From positions 14,941,558-15,005,557 of the forward strand of contig NC_090399.1 in NCBI RefSeq assembly GCF_036365525.1: a DNA stretch of 64,000 bases. Reading direction: 5' to 3'. Of this stretch, positions 34,501-45,824 are shown piece after piece (positions within the stretch are counted from its first letter, which is position 1; the number at the start of each line of letters is the position of its first letter). A program made the position numbers and the translations under genes. The notes under the pieces are model-generated. The model saw nothing but the letters and a program-made list of their open reading frames with translations, did not search any database and was not told the origin of the DNA. Origin of the DNA: Heterodontus francisci. Its lineage: Eukaryota.

Positions 34501-36856
34501 AGAGGCAGAGCAGAGGGGATGAAATGGCGAGGCCAGGGACGAGTGGCCCGCAGATGGGGTTTGAGGGTGGGGGGGGGTTGAAGCGGGGAGCGAGTGATCG
34601 AGGGGGGAGAAGGGGCGAGGCGAGAAGCAAACGGCGAGCAGACGGGTGCGGGCAGCAGTGGAGGAGAGAGGCGCGATGGCAGGAGGGAGTGGGGTACAGT
34701 TGGGGGCAGGATGGAGGCAGCAATTGCAGCCACCATGGGCATTTGGATTTCATTTGTTTTTGTTATTGTGATAAGCTGAGCAGCGCCATCTTTATTACTG
34801 GCAGCTGCCAAAAAATGTCACCGACAGTGACATTTCGGTGCATGAGGCTTCATTTGCGCATGTGCAAGTACTGCGCCACCTAGTGGTTGAGTTTTCAGCA
34901 AACGCAGCCACCAGATAAATTGTTCCCGTGTTGGTGGTTGAGGGATAAACATTGGCTGCAGCACTGAGGAGAACTCACTCACTCGTCCTCCAGTAGTGGT
35001 GTGTGATTGTTTACATTGACAGTAAAAGATCCCAAGGTGAGAGGGCAGACAGGGCCTTGGTTCCGTCTCTCCTCAGACAGCACCTCCAACACTGCAGCAC
35101 TTGTTCAGCACTGAAGGATTTTGTGTTCAAGGTTTTGGAGTGGGACTTGAACCCACAATCTTTCAACTCTCAGTGCTCCAATTGAGCATATGTCAAGGTT
35201 TGTAACATGACACAGTGAAATGCTGTTCTAACTCTAGTACTATAAATAAAGTATAACTTTTCCCAATGATAGAAGTTAGGTAAACTGGCCTATAGTTTCC
35301 TGCTTCCGTTTACCTCCTTTCTTGAATAGGGGCATTATATTTGAGTATTTTCAAATCTGCTAGGACCGTTCAAGATTTCAAGGAATTTTGGAAGAATGCA
35401 TTCTCCATTTCTCCATTTCTACAGCCACTTCTTTTAAATCCCTCGGATGCAGGCCATCAGGACCAGGAGACTTGCCAACCTTTAGTCCCATCAGTCCCAT
35501 TAGTTTTGCCAGTACTTTTTCTCCCGTGATAGTGCTTATTTTATGTTCTGCCCTCCCTTTTGCCCAATATTATGTTTTAATAGTATCACGCAAAATCATC
35601 TTATTCTGAAAATGATAATCTGTCCATAATGATCTTTTTTGTCGCACTGAATTTCTTCACCGAATATATGTAACATGTTTATCTGAAATATTTTATAGAT
35701 AGAACACCAGCAGCTCAAACACAAGAACAGGTAAGAATGTAATTCCAAATTATAATTATAGTCAGCTTTATTCCTTAACAGACTGTTGCTTCTGGTTAAA
35801 GTCAAGGGCACGATCTCGGCATTTATGAAAGCATGGGTTAGCAACACAGATTACCAGCTCCATCAGTCAATCCTCCGAATTACTGATTATCGTTCTCCTT
35901 AGCTTTAAGACAGCGTCAATTTCAAACGATCTGGTTGCTTCTCCATCATTGTCTAGTGTCTGAAAATGAGCATTTTCGTTGGCAAGATTAGTAAAATAAT
36001 CATATTAACTGAAAATCACAAACTTGAAGCCATTGCCGTGCAATATTTCGGTAATGACTGAGATTTTGTATCTGAATTCCATTTCGGTCTGCAATGCACA
36101 GGAGATGGTGGCATTGTGGTAATGGCACTAGATTAGTAATCCAGAGGCCCAGGCTAATGCGGGTTCAAATCCACCACAGCAGCTGGCGGAATTTAAATCC
36201 AATTAATTAGCAATAATCTGGAATTGAAAGCTAGTCTCAGTGATGGTAATCACAAAACTATCATCGATTATCATAGAAACCCATCTGGTTCGCTAATGTC
36301 TTTCAGGGAAGGAAATCTGCCGTCCTTACCTGGTCTGGCCTACATGTGACTCCAGACCCGCAGCAATGTGGCTGACTCTTAACTGTCCTCTGAAATGGCC
36401 TAGCAAGCCACTCAGTTGTCAAGGGCAGTTAGGGACCGGCAACAAATGCCCGCCTTGCCCGCATCCCAAGAAAGAATTAAAAAGGAATTGTTGACGCAAA
36501 AAAATACTTCCTGTGGTGTTGTTACGGGAGTAACCATAGCATTGTAATTTCATTTTTTTCTTTAAAAATGTGTTTCATTTGAGGGCGTTACATCGAATAA
36601 TATCGTTTATGCTGACCTGCACATCAACAAACCCAAAACGCATGGTCCTGGGAGTCTCAGGAAGGATCGACTTGCGAGCCCTCCCTCACGGGCGTTTGAA
36701 CAGGAAGACGCAGTTGTATATGCGACAGTGAGGCCGGTTATTAGAAAAAAGAATAAACAACGGGCGCCGGTGAGGCCTCCAAATGAGATGGAAGAAGCTG
36801 TGGTGTATGGGAGAATTCGGACTCCAGTCCACAATGATGTCTCAGGCATGGAGTAG
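28542..36856 (+). CDS. NCR3: NKp30/NCR3-like VJ-type Ig receptor, inhibitory type with three ITIM-like motifs; join(28542..28581,31754..32089,33581..33721,35699..35730,36584..36856), 273 aa
   Basis: Five GT-AG-bounded exons with compatible phases (1,1,1,0) sum to 822 nt with no internal stop: signal peptide, V domain, neutral TM and a tail with IVYADL, VVYATV and VVYGRI. The symbol means NCR3-family. Confidence 0.82.
28615..31370 (-). mobile_element. CR1-group LINE (second family) in receptor 2 intron, with nested CR1 3' fragment at about 30067-30878
   Basis: Minus ORFs AGVPQGSVPGP...MFADDC and SLLSIISKVME. The nested ORF 30196-30654 reads LYKKLVRPQLDYC. Confidence 0.88.
31754..32089 (+). 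CDS. VJ-type Ig V-domain exon of receptor 2
   Basis: Acceptor gtctttcag ends 31753 and the donor is G/gtatgc. Translates DIKVTQSP...LSC...WYK...VTNTSAEFIGRV...DSGTYYCEVEIFNFARGTGIGTRVTVK, close to NKp30 CRVEVLGLGVGTGNGTRLVVE. Confidence 0.93.
32505..33335 (+). mobile_element. L2 LINE 3' fragment
   Basis: WLNRNFLRLNIGKTE, catcaccaagactgcctacttccacctc and agacttgactattccaat (SRLDYSN) are L2 C-terminal motifs. Confidence 0.8.
33581..33721 (+). CDS. Stalk/transmembrane exon of receptor 2 (no charged TM residue)
   Basis: Acceptor ttttccacag and donor G/gtaatt. Translates VGPDNTMDSHSSVRKKNLIILASVLGGIVLILSSMALLVVLHFCKHR. Confidence 0.9.
34008..34909. repeat. GC/CpG-rich unclassified foldback insertion inside a minus-strand DeuSINE-like element (33915-35190)
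   Basis: 34215-34328 is the imperfect reverse complement of 34508-34622. tgcgcatg motifs occur near both ends, and SINE sequence resumes on either side. Confidence 0.6.
34873..34886 (-). promoter_or_regulatory. CTCF-like motif
   Basis: GCGCCACCTAGTGG is the reverse complement of CCACTAGGTGGCGC, matching the CTCF core consensus. Occupancy is unknown. Confidence 0.4.
35699..35730 (+). CDS. 32-nt cytoplasmic mini-exon of receptor 2 (DRTPAAQTQEQ)
   Basis: Acceptor ttttatag and strong donor CAG/gtaaga. The phase 1-to-0 change is exactly what links the TM exon to the ITIM exon. Confidence 0.75.
36101..36483 (+). mobile_element. tRNA-derived SINE sharing its 3' tail with the LINE family at 8905-11225
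   Basis: A/B-box-like head (ggtggcattgtggtaatg, gggttcaaatcc) and tail aagggcagttagggaccggcaacaaatg. A second copy lies at 59041-59456. Confidence 0.8.
36584..36856 (+). CDS. Terminal cytoplasmic exon of receptor 2 with three ITIM-like motifs
   Basis: 90 open codons after tgtttcatttgag: GVTSNNIVYADLHINKPKTHGPGSLRKDRLASPPSRAFEQEDAVVYATVRPVIRKKNKQRAPVRPPNEMEEAVVYGRIRTPVHNDVSGME*. Confidence 0.85.
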   Translation, partial: GVTSNNIVYADLHINKPKTHGPGSLRKDRLASPPSRAFEQEDAVVYATVRPVIRKKNKQRAPVRPPNEMEEAVVYGRIRTPVHNDVSGME

Positions 36857-37091
36857 GCAGTTTTAGAATTCAGGTGCTGACTTGAAGGTATTGAAGAATG
36901 GATTCCCTTTCTGGCTTATCCATCCCCTGAGAAAGATGACCATTGAATATGTCTGTACTTCACTTATAGTATGGCATTGACTTCATTATCGTCCTTTACT
37001 CGCAGTCTTTACTCAGAGAAATATTTGCAAGTGGATGTGTGCTCGGGCAGTAAGGGTGGGAAAAGTTATTATCTGACTCATTGTTATGAAG

Positions 37092-37097
37092 AATAAA
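37092..37097 (+). terminator. Candidate polyadenylation signal of receptor 2
   Basis: First AATAAA after the stop codon (about 235 nt downstream). Confidence 0.4.
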
Positions 37098-37574
37098 AAT
37101 GTTGCCAGATTATGCTGTACTTGTAACGGTGAGGCCAATGGCATTCAAGGTTATTTATGTACAACTGGGGCCAGTCATTTCCCTCGATAGCTTTTGCAGA
37201 GTTAAATGCGGAAAACGGGACGTTCCTGCCCCAGATGCCTCCGCCTCCAAAAAAGCTTCCAGCATCTCGCCGTCTTGCTGAACATTCAAATGTGTTGAAC
37301 ACCTGAACAGCTTGAAGATCCTGCACTTACCTCAGAGATGCAGACCAAACTCACCAAGAAATTTAGGAGCTGTCTGCTCCAGTCTTTTAACGGTATGATC
37401 GGTCTTAATTACTGCCAAACAACCGCTCTAGCACAGGAAATTAACTTTTACAAGTGTAGAGTCTCATTCCTTCAGAATGTAATCACTATTGGAGACTTAG
37501 ACCCGAATTTTGCTGTCATAAGGGCAGCTCTATCAGAGCTCACACTTACTGCAGGGGAACAATGTCTGGAAAAG

Positions 37575-37767
37575 TAAAATACTGCAGATGCTGGAAAGAA
37601 CAGAAAATTTTGGAAATACTCAGTGGATCCGGCAGCGTCTGTGGCGAGAGAAAAACAGAGTTAACATTACAGATCGATGACCCTTCCCAAGAACGTAAAC
37701 TCTGCTTCTCTCTCCACCGATGCTGCCAGACCTGCTGAGTATTCCCAGCACTTTCTGTTTTCATTTA
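37575..37767. repeat. Inverted pair of Penelope terminal fragments (hairpin)
   Basis: 37600-37668 is the approximate reverse complement of 37692-37765. A more degenerate example lies at 50560-50770. Confidence 0.7.
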
Positions 37768-38075
37768 AGCAACTTCTGGAGTATGCAGGTGCACAATTAA
37801 ACACAGAAATCCTGACATTGCTGTGAGATAATCTGCAGCTCCACAGGGTCCACGTGAGTATACTCTGCGTTGAAGTGAAAGAAAGGAAGACTTGCATTTA
37901 TACAGTGCCTATGATGCCCTCAGGACATCCCAAAGGACCTTACAGCCAAAGTTGGAAGAGCAGCCACTGCTGTAATGTTGGAAATGTGGCAGTTGATTTG
38001 GGTACAGCAGTGTGACAAAGACCAGGTATTCTGTTTCAGTGATGTTGGCCAGGACACTGGGCATAGCTCCCTGCC

Positions 38076-41000
38076 AAAGAACAAAGTACAGTACAGCACA
38101 GAAACAGGCCATTCGGCCCTCCAAGACTGCGCCGATCCTGATGCCTGCCTAAACTAAAACCTTCTGCACTTCCAGGGACCGTATCCCTCTATTTCCATCC
38201 TATTCATGTATTTGTCAAGATGCCTCTTAAAACATCGCTATCTTATCTGCTTCCACCACCTCCCCCGGCAGCAAGTTCCAGGCACTCACCACCCTCTGTG
38301 CAAAGAAATTGCCTCGCACATCCCCTCTAAACTTTGCCCCGCTCACCTTAAACCTATGTCCCCTAGTAACTTCCACCCTGGGAAAAAGCTTCTGACTATC
38401 CACTCTGTCCATGCCACTCATAACTTTGTAAACCTCTATCATGTCGCCCCTCCACCTCCGTCGTTCCAGTGAAAACAATCCGAGTTTATCCAACCTCTCC
38501 TCGTAGCTACTGCCCTCCAGACCAGGCAACATCCTGGTAAACCTCTTCTGTACCCTCTCCAAAGCTTCCATGTCCTTCTGGTAGTGTGGCAACCAGAATT
38601 GCACGCAATATTCTAAGTGTGGCCGAACTAAAGTTCTGTACAGCTGCAGCATGACTTGCCAATTTTTATACTCTACGCCCCGACCGATGAAGGCAAGCAT
38701 GCCGCATGCCTTCTTGACTACCTTATAGGGCGGCACAGTGGCGCAGTAGTTAGCACCGCAGCCTCACAGCTCCAGCGACCCGGGTTCAATTCTGTGTACT
38801 GTCTGTGTGGAGTTTGCAAGTTCTCCCTGTGTCTGCGTGGGTTTTCTCCGGGTGTTCCGGTTTCCTCCCACAAGCCAAAAGACTTGCAGGTTGGTAGGTA
38901 AATTGGCCATTATAAATTGCCCCAAGTATAGGTAGGTGGTAGGGAAATATAGGGACAGGTGGGGATGTGATAGAAATATGGGATTAGTGTAGGATTAGTA
39001 TAAATGGGTGGTTGATGGTCGGCACAGACTCGGTGGGCTGAAGGGCCTGTTTCAGTGCTGTATCTCTAAACTAAACTTATCCACCTGCATTGCCACTTTC
39101 AGTGACCTGTGGACCTGTATGCTCAGATCTCTCTGCCGGTCAATACTGCTAAGGGTTTTGCCATTTACTGTATACTTCTCACCTGCATTAGACCTTCCAA
39201 AATGCATTACCACACATTTGTCCGGATTAAAATCCATCTGCCATTTCTCCGCCCAAGTCTCCAACTGATCTATATCCTGCTGTATCCTCTCACAATCCTC
39301 ATCATTATCCGCAACTCCACCAACCTTTGTGTCGTCCGCAAACTTACTAATCAGACCAGCTACATTTTCCTCCAAATCATTTATATATACTACAAGGAGC
39401 AAAGGTCGCAGCACTGATCCCTGTGGAACACCACTAGTCACATCCTTCCATTCAGAAAAGCACCCTTCCACTGCTACCCTCTGTCTTCTATGACTGAGCC
39501 AGTTCTGTATCCATCTTGCCAGCTCACTTCTGCTCCCGTGTGACTTCACCTTTTGTACCAGTCTGCCATGAGGGACCTTGTCAAAGGCTTTACTGAAGTC
39601 CATATAGATAACATCCACTGCCCTTCCTTCATCAATCATCTTTGTCACTTCCTCAAAAAACCTCAATCAAATTAGTGAGACACGACCTCCCCTTCACAAA
39701 ACCATGCTGCCTCTCGCTAATAAGGTCGTTTGTTTCCAAATGGGAGTAAATCCTGTCCCGAAGAATCCTCTCTAATAATTTCCCCACCACTGACGTAAGG
39801 CTCACCGGCCTATAATTTCCTGGATTATCCTTGCCACCCTTCTTAAACAAAGGAACAACATTGGCTGTTCTCCAGTCCTCTGGGACCTCACCTGTCGCCA
39901 ATGAGGATGCAAAGATTTCTGTCAAGGCCCCAGCAATTTCTTCCCTTGCCTCCCTCAGTATTCTAGGGTAGATCCCATCAGGCCCTGGGGACTTATCGAC
40001 CTTAATGCTTTGCAAGACACCCAACACCTCCTCCTTTTTGATAATGAGATGACTGAGACTATCTACACTCCCTTCCCTAGGCTCATCATCCACCAAGTCC
40101 TTCACTTTGGTGAATACTGATGCAAAGTACTCATTTAGTACCTCGCTCATTTCCTCTGGCTGCACACATAGATTCCCTTCTCTGTCCTTGAGTGGGCCAA
40201 CCCTTTCCCTAGTTACCCTCTTACTCTTTATATACATATAAAAAGCCTTGGGATTTTCCTTAATCCTGTTTGCCAATGACTTTTCATGACCCCTTTTAGC
40301 CCTCCTGACTCCTTGCTTAAGTTCCTTCCTACTGTCTTTATATTCCTCAAGGGATTCGTCTGTTCCTAGCCTTCTAGCCCTTACGAATGCTTCCTTTTTC
40401 TTTTTGACCAGGCTCACAATATCCCGCGTTATCCAAGGTTCCCGAAACTTGCCAAACTTGTCCTTCTTCCTCACAGGAACATGCTGGTCCTGAATTCTAA
40501 TCAGCTGACGTTTGAAAGACTCCCACACGTCAGATGTTGATTTACCCTCAAACAGCCGCCCCCAATCTAAATTCTTCAGTTCCTGCCTAATATGGTTATA
40601 ATTAGCCTTCCCCCAATTTAGCACCTTCACCCGAGGACTAATCTTATCCTTATCCACAAGTACCTTAAAACTTATGGAATTATGGTCACTGTTCCCAAAA
40701 TGCTCCCCTACTGAAACTTCGACCACCTGGCCGGGCTCATTCCCTAATACCAGGTCCAGTACGGCCCCATCCCTAGTTGGACTATCTACATATTGTTTCA
40801 AGAAGCCCTCCTGGATGCTCCTTACAAATTCTGCCCCTTCCAAGCCCCTAGCACTAAGTGAGTCCCAGTCAATGTAGGAGAAGTTAAAATCACCCACCCA
40901 CACAACCCTGTTACCTTTACATCTTTCCAAAATCTGTCTACATATCTGCTCTTCTACCTCCCGCTGGCTGTTGGGAGGCCTGTAGTAAACCCCCAGCATC

Positions 41001-42860
41001 GTGTCTGCACCCTTCCTATTCCTGGGCTCCACCCATATTGCCTCGCTGCATGACCCCTCCGAGGCGTCCTCCCGCAGTACAGCTGTGATATTCTCCTTAA
41101 CAAGTAATGCAACTTCCCCACCCCTTTTACATCCCCCTCTATCCCGCCTGAAGCTTCTAAATCCTGGAACATTTAGCTGCCAATCCTGTCCTTCCCTCAA
41201 CCAAGTCTCTGTAATAGCAACAACATCATATTTCCAAGTACTAATCCAAGCTCTAAGTTCATCTGCCTTACCTGTTATACTTCTCACATTGAAACAAATG
41301 CACTTTAGACCACCAGTCCCGCTGTGCTCCGCAACATCTCCCTGCCTGCTTTTCCTCTTAGTCTTACTGGCCTTATTTACTAGTTCCCCCTCATTTATTT
41401 CACCTGCTTCCTACTGCTCTGGTTCCCACCCCCCTGCCACACTAGTTTAAACCCTCAGGAGTGACGCTAGCAAAACACGCAGCCAGGATATTTGTGCCCC
41501 TCCAGTTTAGACGGAACCCGTCCTTCTTGTACAGGTCCCATCTGTCCCTGAAGAGATCCCAATGGTCCAGATATCTCAAATCCTCCCTTCTCCACCAGCT
41601 GTTCAGCCACGTGTTTAGCTGCACTATATTCCTATTTCTAGCCTCACTGGCACGTAGCACAGGGAGTAATCCCGAGATTACAACCCTGGAGGTTCTGTCT
41701 TTTAACTTTCTGCCTAACTCCCTAAACTCCCCCTGCAGGACCTCGCCACTCTTCCTGCCTATGTCGTTGGTACCGATGTGTACCACAACCTCTGGCTATT
41801 CACTCTCCCCCTTCAGAATGCCCCCTGTCCGTTCAGAGACATCCTTGACCCTGGCACCAGGGAGGCAACATACCATCCTGGAGTCTCTTTCACGTCCACA
41901 GAAATGCCTATCTGTGTCCCTGACTATAGAGTCCCCTATAACTATTGCTCTTCTGCACTTTGTCCCTCCCTGCTGAACAACAGTGCCAGCTGTGGTGCCA
42001 CTGCTCTGGCTGCTGCTGTTTTCCCCTGATAGGCCATCCCCCCCCAACAGTATCCAAAACGGTATACTTGTCACAGAGGGGGATAGCCACAGGGGATTCC
42101 GGCACTGACTGCCTGCCTCTTCTAGCGGTCACCCATCTATCTGCCTGCACCTTGGGTGTAACCACTTCTCTAAAACTCCTGTTTATGACGGTCTCTGCCA
42201 CCTGCATGCTCCTAAGTGCATCCAGTTGCCGCTCCAACCGATCCATGCAGTCTTAGAGGAGCTGCAACTGGGTACACTTCCTGCAGATGTAGTCCTCTGG
42301 AACGCTGGAAGCGTCACGGACCTCCCACATCTCACAGGTGAAGCACTTCACCCCTCTAACTGACATTTCTAGCACTAATTAATAAATTAATTTAAAATAA
42401 ATAAATACTTATTAAATCCTTACTAAATTGTTATAATTAACTATATGGTCCCTAGTGCTAGATTCCTACTATAAATATTAAATGCAAACTAAATACAGTA
42501 ATCTCCCCTCTGGTTTAGTTACTCTACTTATTAGTTAATTAGGGTTTTAATCAATTTTTATCAATGTTTTATTTTCAAATTCAGTAAAAAAAAAATTCCC
42601 TACCAGCCAATCAGGTCACAGCTTTCCTATGAGGTCACTTTCAGTTTTTATTTACCAGAGATAAGTTTTTTATACTTACCGGTCCAGAACTCCGCCCTCC
42701 GAGTCTTCTCCCAGTCAGCTGTGCTCTTTGGAAGCTCTCGGCTCCCCTCACTGAGGACAGGTAGGAAATGAAAGGAGCTCCTCTCTCCCTCCTTACCAAA
42801 CTTCCTCAGTTACCAAACTTCCACTGTAGCACTCAAATGCAACCCAAGTCAGCACTCCAG
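38076..42860 (-). mobile_element. Near full-length CR1 LINE (5' UTR, ORF1 esterase, ORF2 APE-RT), frameshifted, with nested SINE
   Basis: ORF1 pieces 41442-42246 (VIGDSIV, HIGTNDIG) and ORF2 39653-41287, 39052-39666 and 38227-38736 (ITETWL, GDFN, SDH, DFSKAFD, FADD). The CR1 tail is at 38076-38130. Confidence 0.95.
38727..39075 (+). mobile_element. HE1-like V-SINE inserted in CR1, TSD CTTAT
   Basis: tRNA-like head gggcggcacagtggcgcagt...gggttcaattc, V-core gtctgtgtggagtttgc...ccggtttcctcccaca, and CR1-type tail gggcctgtttcagtgctgtatctctaaactaaa. CTTAT is at 38722-38726 and 39076-39080. Confidence 0.88.
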
Positions 42861-43229
42861 TGTAAAAAACAGTGCCATTGGCTGACTGCAATACTGGGAA
42901 CTTTGGGGTACTTGACCATTAGTTCCACATTAAAAATGGTCTGGACAGATGCAGAAAATAATCTTAAAAGCTACTTGAATACTGGTTTGTATATCAAGAT
43001 AACTAGAATACAAGGGATTATAAGTAATGCTATAGCTGGGCCTGGTTGGGCCACACCTTGAGGACGGTGTTCAGTTCTTGGCACCACACCCCAGGAAGGA
43101 GATATTCACCTTGAATGGCTCTAGAAATTTGTAACTGTTTGTCACAAATGGCATTTGATGCTGGGACAATAAGTTAATTTTAAAACTGAGATTGATAGAT
43201 TTCTGTTAGCCAACGATCTATAAGATGGG

Positions 43230-45824
43230 ATAAAAACAAGAAATGCTGGAAATATTCAGCAGGTCTGGCAGCATCTGTGGAGAGAGAAGCAGAGTTAATG
43301 TTTCAGGTCAGTGACCCTTCTTCAGAACTGACAAATATTAGAAATGTAAAAGGTTATAAGCAAGTAAAGCAGGGGTGGGGCAAGAGATAACAAAGGAGAA
43401 GGTGTAGATAGGACAAGGTCACAGAATAGCTGACCAGAAGGTCACGGAGCAAAGGCAAACAATATGTTAATGGTGTGTTGAAAGACAAAGCATGAGTACA
43501 GATAGGGTGTTAACGGACTGAAAATTGAACAACCACAAGTACAAACATGAAAAAACAACAGTGGGTAAGCAAACTGAACAAACTAAGATGAAATAAAATA
43601 AACACAAAAAAAGGAAAAAGAAAAAATAACTACAAAGTAAAATGGGGGGCCTGTCATGCTCTGAAATTATTGAACTCAATGTTCAGTCCGGCAGGCTGTA
43701 GTGTGCCTAATCGATAAATGAGATGCTGTTCCTCGAGCTTGCGCTGATGTTCACTGGAACACTGCAGCAATCCCAGGACAGAGATTTGAGCATGAGAGCA
43801 GGGGGGAGTGTTGAAATGGCAAGCAACCAGAAGCTCGGATCCTGCTTGCAGACTGGGCGGAAGTGTTCCTCAAAGCGGTGTTCCATACTGCGTTTGGTCC
43901 CCCAATGTAGAGGAGACCACATTGTGAGCAGCGAATACAGTATACTACATTGAAAGAAGTACAAGTAAATCGCTGCTTCACCTGAAAGGAGCGATTGGGG
44001 CCTGGGATAGTGAGAAGAGAGGAGGTAAATGGGCAGGTATTACACCTCCTGAGAGTGCAGGGGAAGGTGCCATGGGAAAGGGACGAGTTGGTGGGGAAAT
44101 GGAGGGGTGGACCAGGGTGTCACAGAGGGAATGATCCCTTCAGAATGCTGACAGGGGAAGGGAGGGGAAGATCTGTTTGGTAGTGGCATCATTCTGGAGG
44201 TGGCGGAAATGGCGGAGGATGATCCTTTGGATATGGAGGTTGATGGTGTGGAAAGTGAGGACAAGGGGAACCCTGTCACGGTTCTGGGAGGGAGGGGAAG
44301 GGGTGAGGCTAGAGGTGCGGGAAATGGGCCGGATACGTTTGAGGGCCCTGTCAACAACAGTGGGGGGGAATCCTCGGTTGAGGAAAAAGGAAGACATATC
44401 AGAAACGCTGTCTTGGAAGGTAGCATCATCAGATGCTTCAGAGACGGAGAAACTGGGAGAATGGAATGGAGTCCTTACAGGAGGCAGGGTGTGAAGAAGT
44501 GTAGTCGAGGTAGCTGTGGGAGTCGGTGGGTTTATAATGGATATTAGTAGACAACCTATCCCCAGAGATGGAGACAGAGAAGTCGAGGAAGGGAAGGGAA
44601 GTGGCAGAGATGGACCATGTAAAGGTGAGAGAAGGGTGGAAATTGGAAGCAAAGTTGATAAAGTTTTCCAGTTCGGGGCGGGAGCAGGAATCGGCACCGA
44701 TACAATCATCAATGTACCGGAAAAAGAGTTGGCGGAGGGGGCCTGAGTAGGACTGGAAAAAGGAATGTTCAACATATCCCACAAAAAGACAGGCATAACT
44801 AGGACCCATGCGGGTACCCATAGCAACACCTTTTACTTGAAGGAAGTGAGTGGAGTTGAAGGAGAAGTTGTTCAATGTGAGAACAAGTTCAGCCAGGCAG
44901 AGGAGGATGGTGGTGGATGGGGACAAGTTGGGCCTCTGTTCAAGGAAGAAGCGGAGAGCCCTCAAACCGTCCTGGTGGGAGATGGAGGTGTAGAGAGATT
45001 GGACGTCCATAGTGAAGAGGAGGCGTTTGGGGCAAGGAAACTGGAAATTGTCAAAATGACGTAGGGTGTCAGAAGAGTCACGGGAAGAGACTGGACCAGC
45101 GGAGAAAAGATAGAGTCGAGATAGGAAGAAATAGGTTTAGTGGGGCAGGAGCAGGCTGACACAATGGGTCTGCCAGGACAATCCTGTTTGTGGATTTTGG
45201 GAAGGAGGTGGAAGCGGGCTGTCCGGGGTTGTGGGACTATGAGGTTGGAAGCTGTAGAGGGAAGATCTCCAGAGGAGATGAGGTCAGTGACAGTCCTGTG
45301 GACAGTAGTTGGATGTTCGGTGGTGGGGTCATGGTCCAGAGGGAAGTAGGAAGATGTGTCTGAGAGTCGGCGCTGAGCCGCTGAAGGTAGAGGTCGGTAC
45401 GCCATACAACAACAGCACCACCCTTGACCTCCATATCCAAAGGACCATTCTCCGCCATTTCCGCCACCTCCAGCGTGATGCCACTACCAAACGTATCTTC
45501 CCCTCCCTTCCCGTCAGCATTCCGAAGGGATCGTTCCCTCCACGACACCCTGGTCCCCTCCTCCATTTCCCCCACCACCTTGTCCCTTTCCCATGGCACC
45601 TTCCCCTGCAATCACAGGAGGTGTAATACCTGCTCATTTACCTCCTCTCTCCTCACTATCCCAGGCCCCAAACACTCCTTTTAGGTGAAGCAGCGATTAC
45701 TTGTACTTCTTTCAATGTAGTATACTGTATTCGCTGCTCACAATGTGGTCTCCTCTCCACTGGGGAGAACAAACACAGACTGGGTGACCACTTTGTGGGA
45801 CACCTCTGCTCAGACCGCAAGCAG
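43230..45824 (-). mobile_element. Penelope-like element (RT + GIY-YIG, degenerate) with an inverted partial duplication at its 5' end
   Basis: Minus ORFs MDVQSLYTSI, GVAMGTRMGPSYA, FRYIDD and CSQCGLLYIG. 45425-45824 is an inverted copy of 43842-44243. Confidence 0.92.

Noticed and set aside
34072-34883. Overlapping Pro/Gly/Arg-rich ORFs on both strands
   Set aside because: Low-complexity GC-rich foldback sequence with no domain motifs or usable splice structure.
38728-38800. tRNA gene (also at 36101 and 59041)
   Set aside because: These are A/B-box heads of SINEs that continue into SINE cores and LINE-derived tails, with no complete cloverleaf.
39653-41287. Intact autonomous retroelement or domesticated RT gene
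   Set aside because: The CR1 has frameshifts in ORF1 and ORF2 and a SINE inserted in ORF2. The other long RT ORFs (Tx1, Penelope, RTE) are likewise disrupted.
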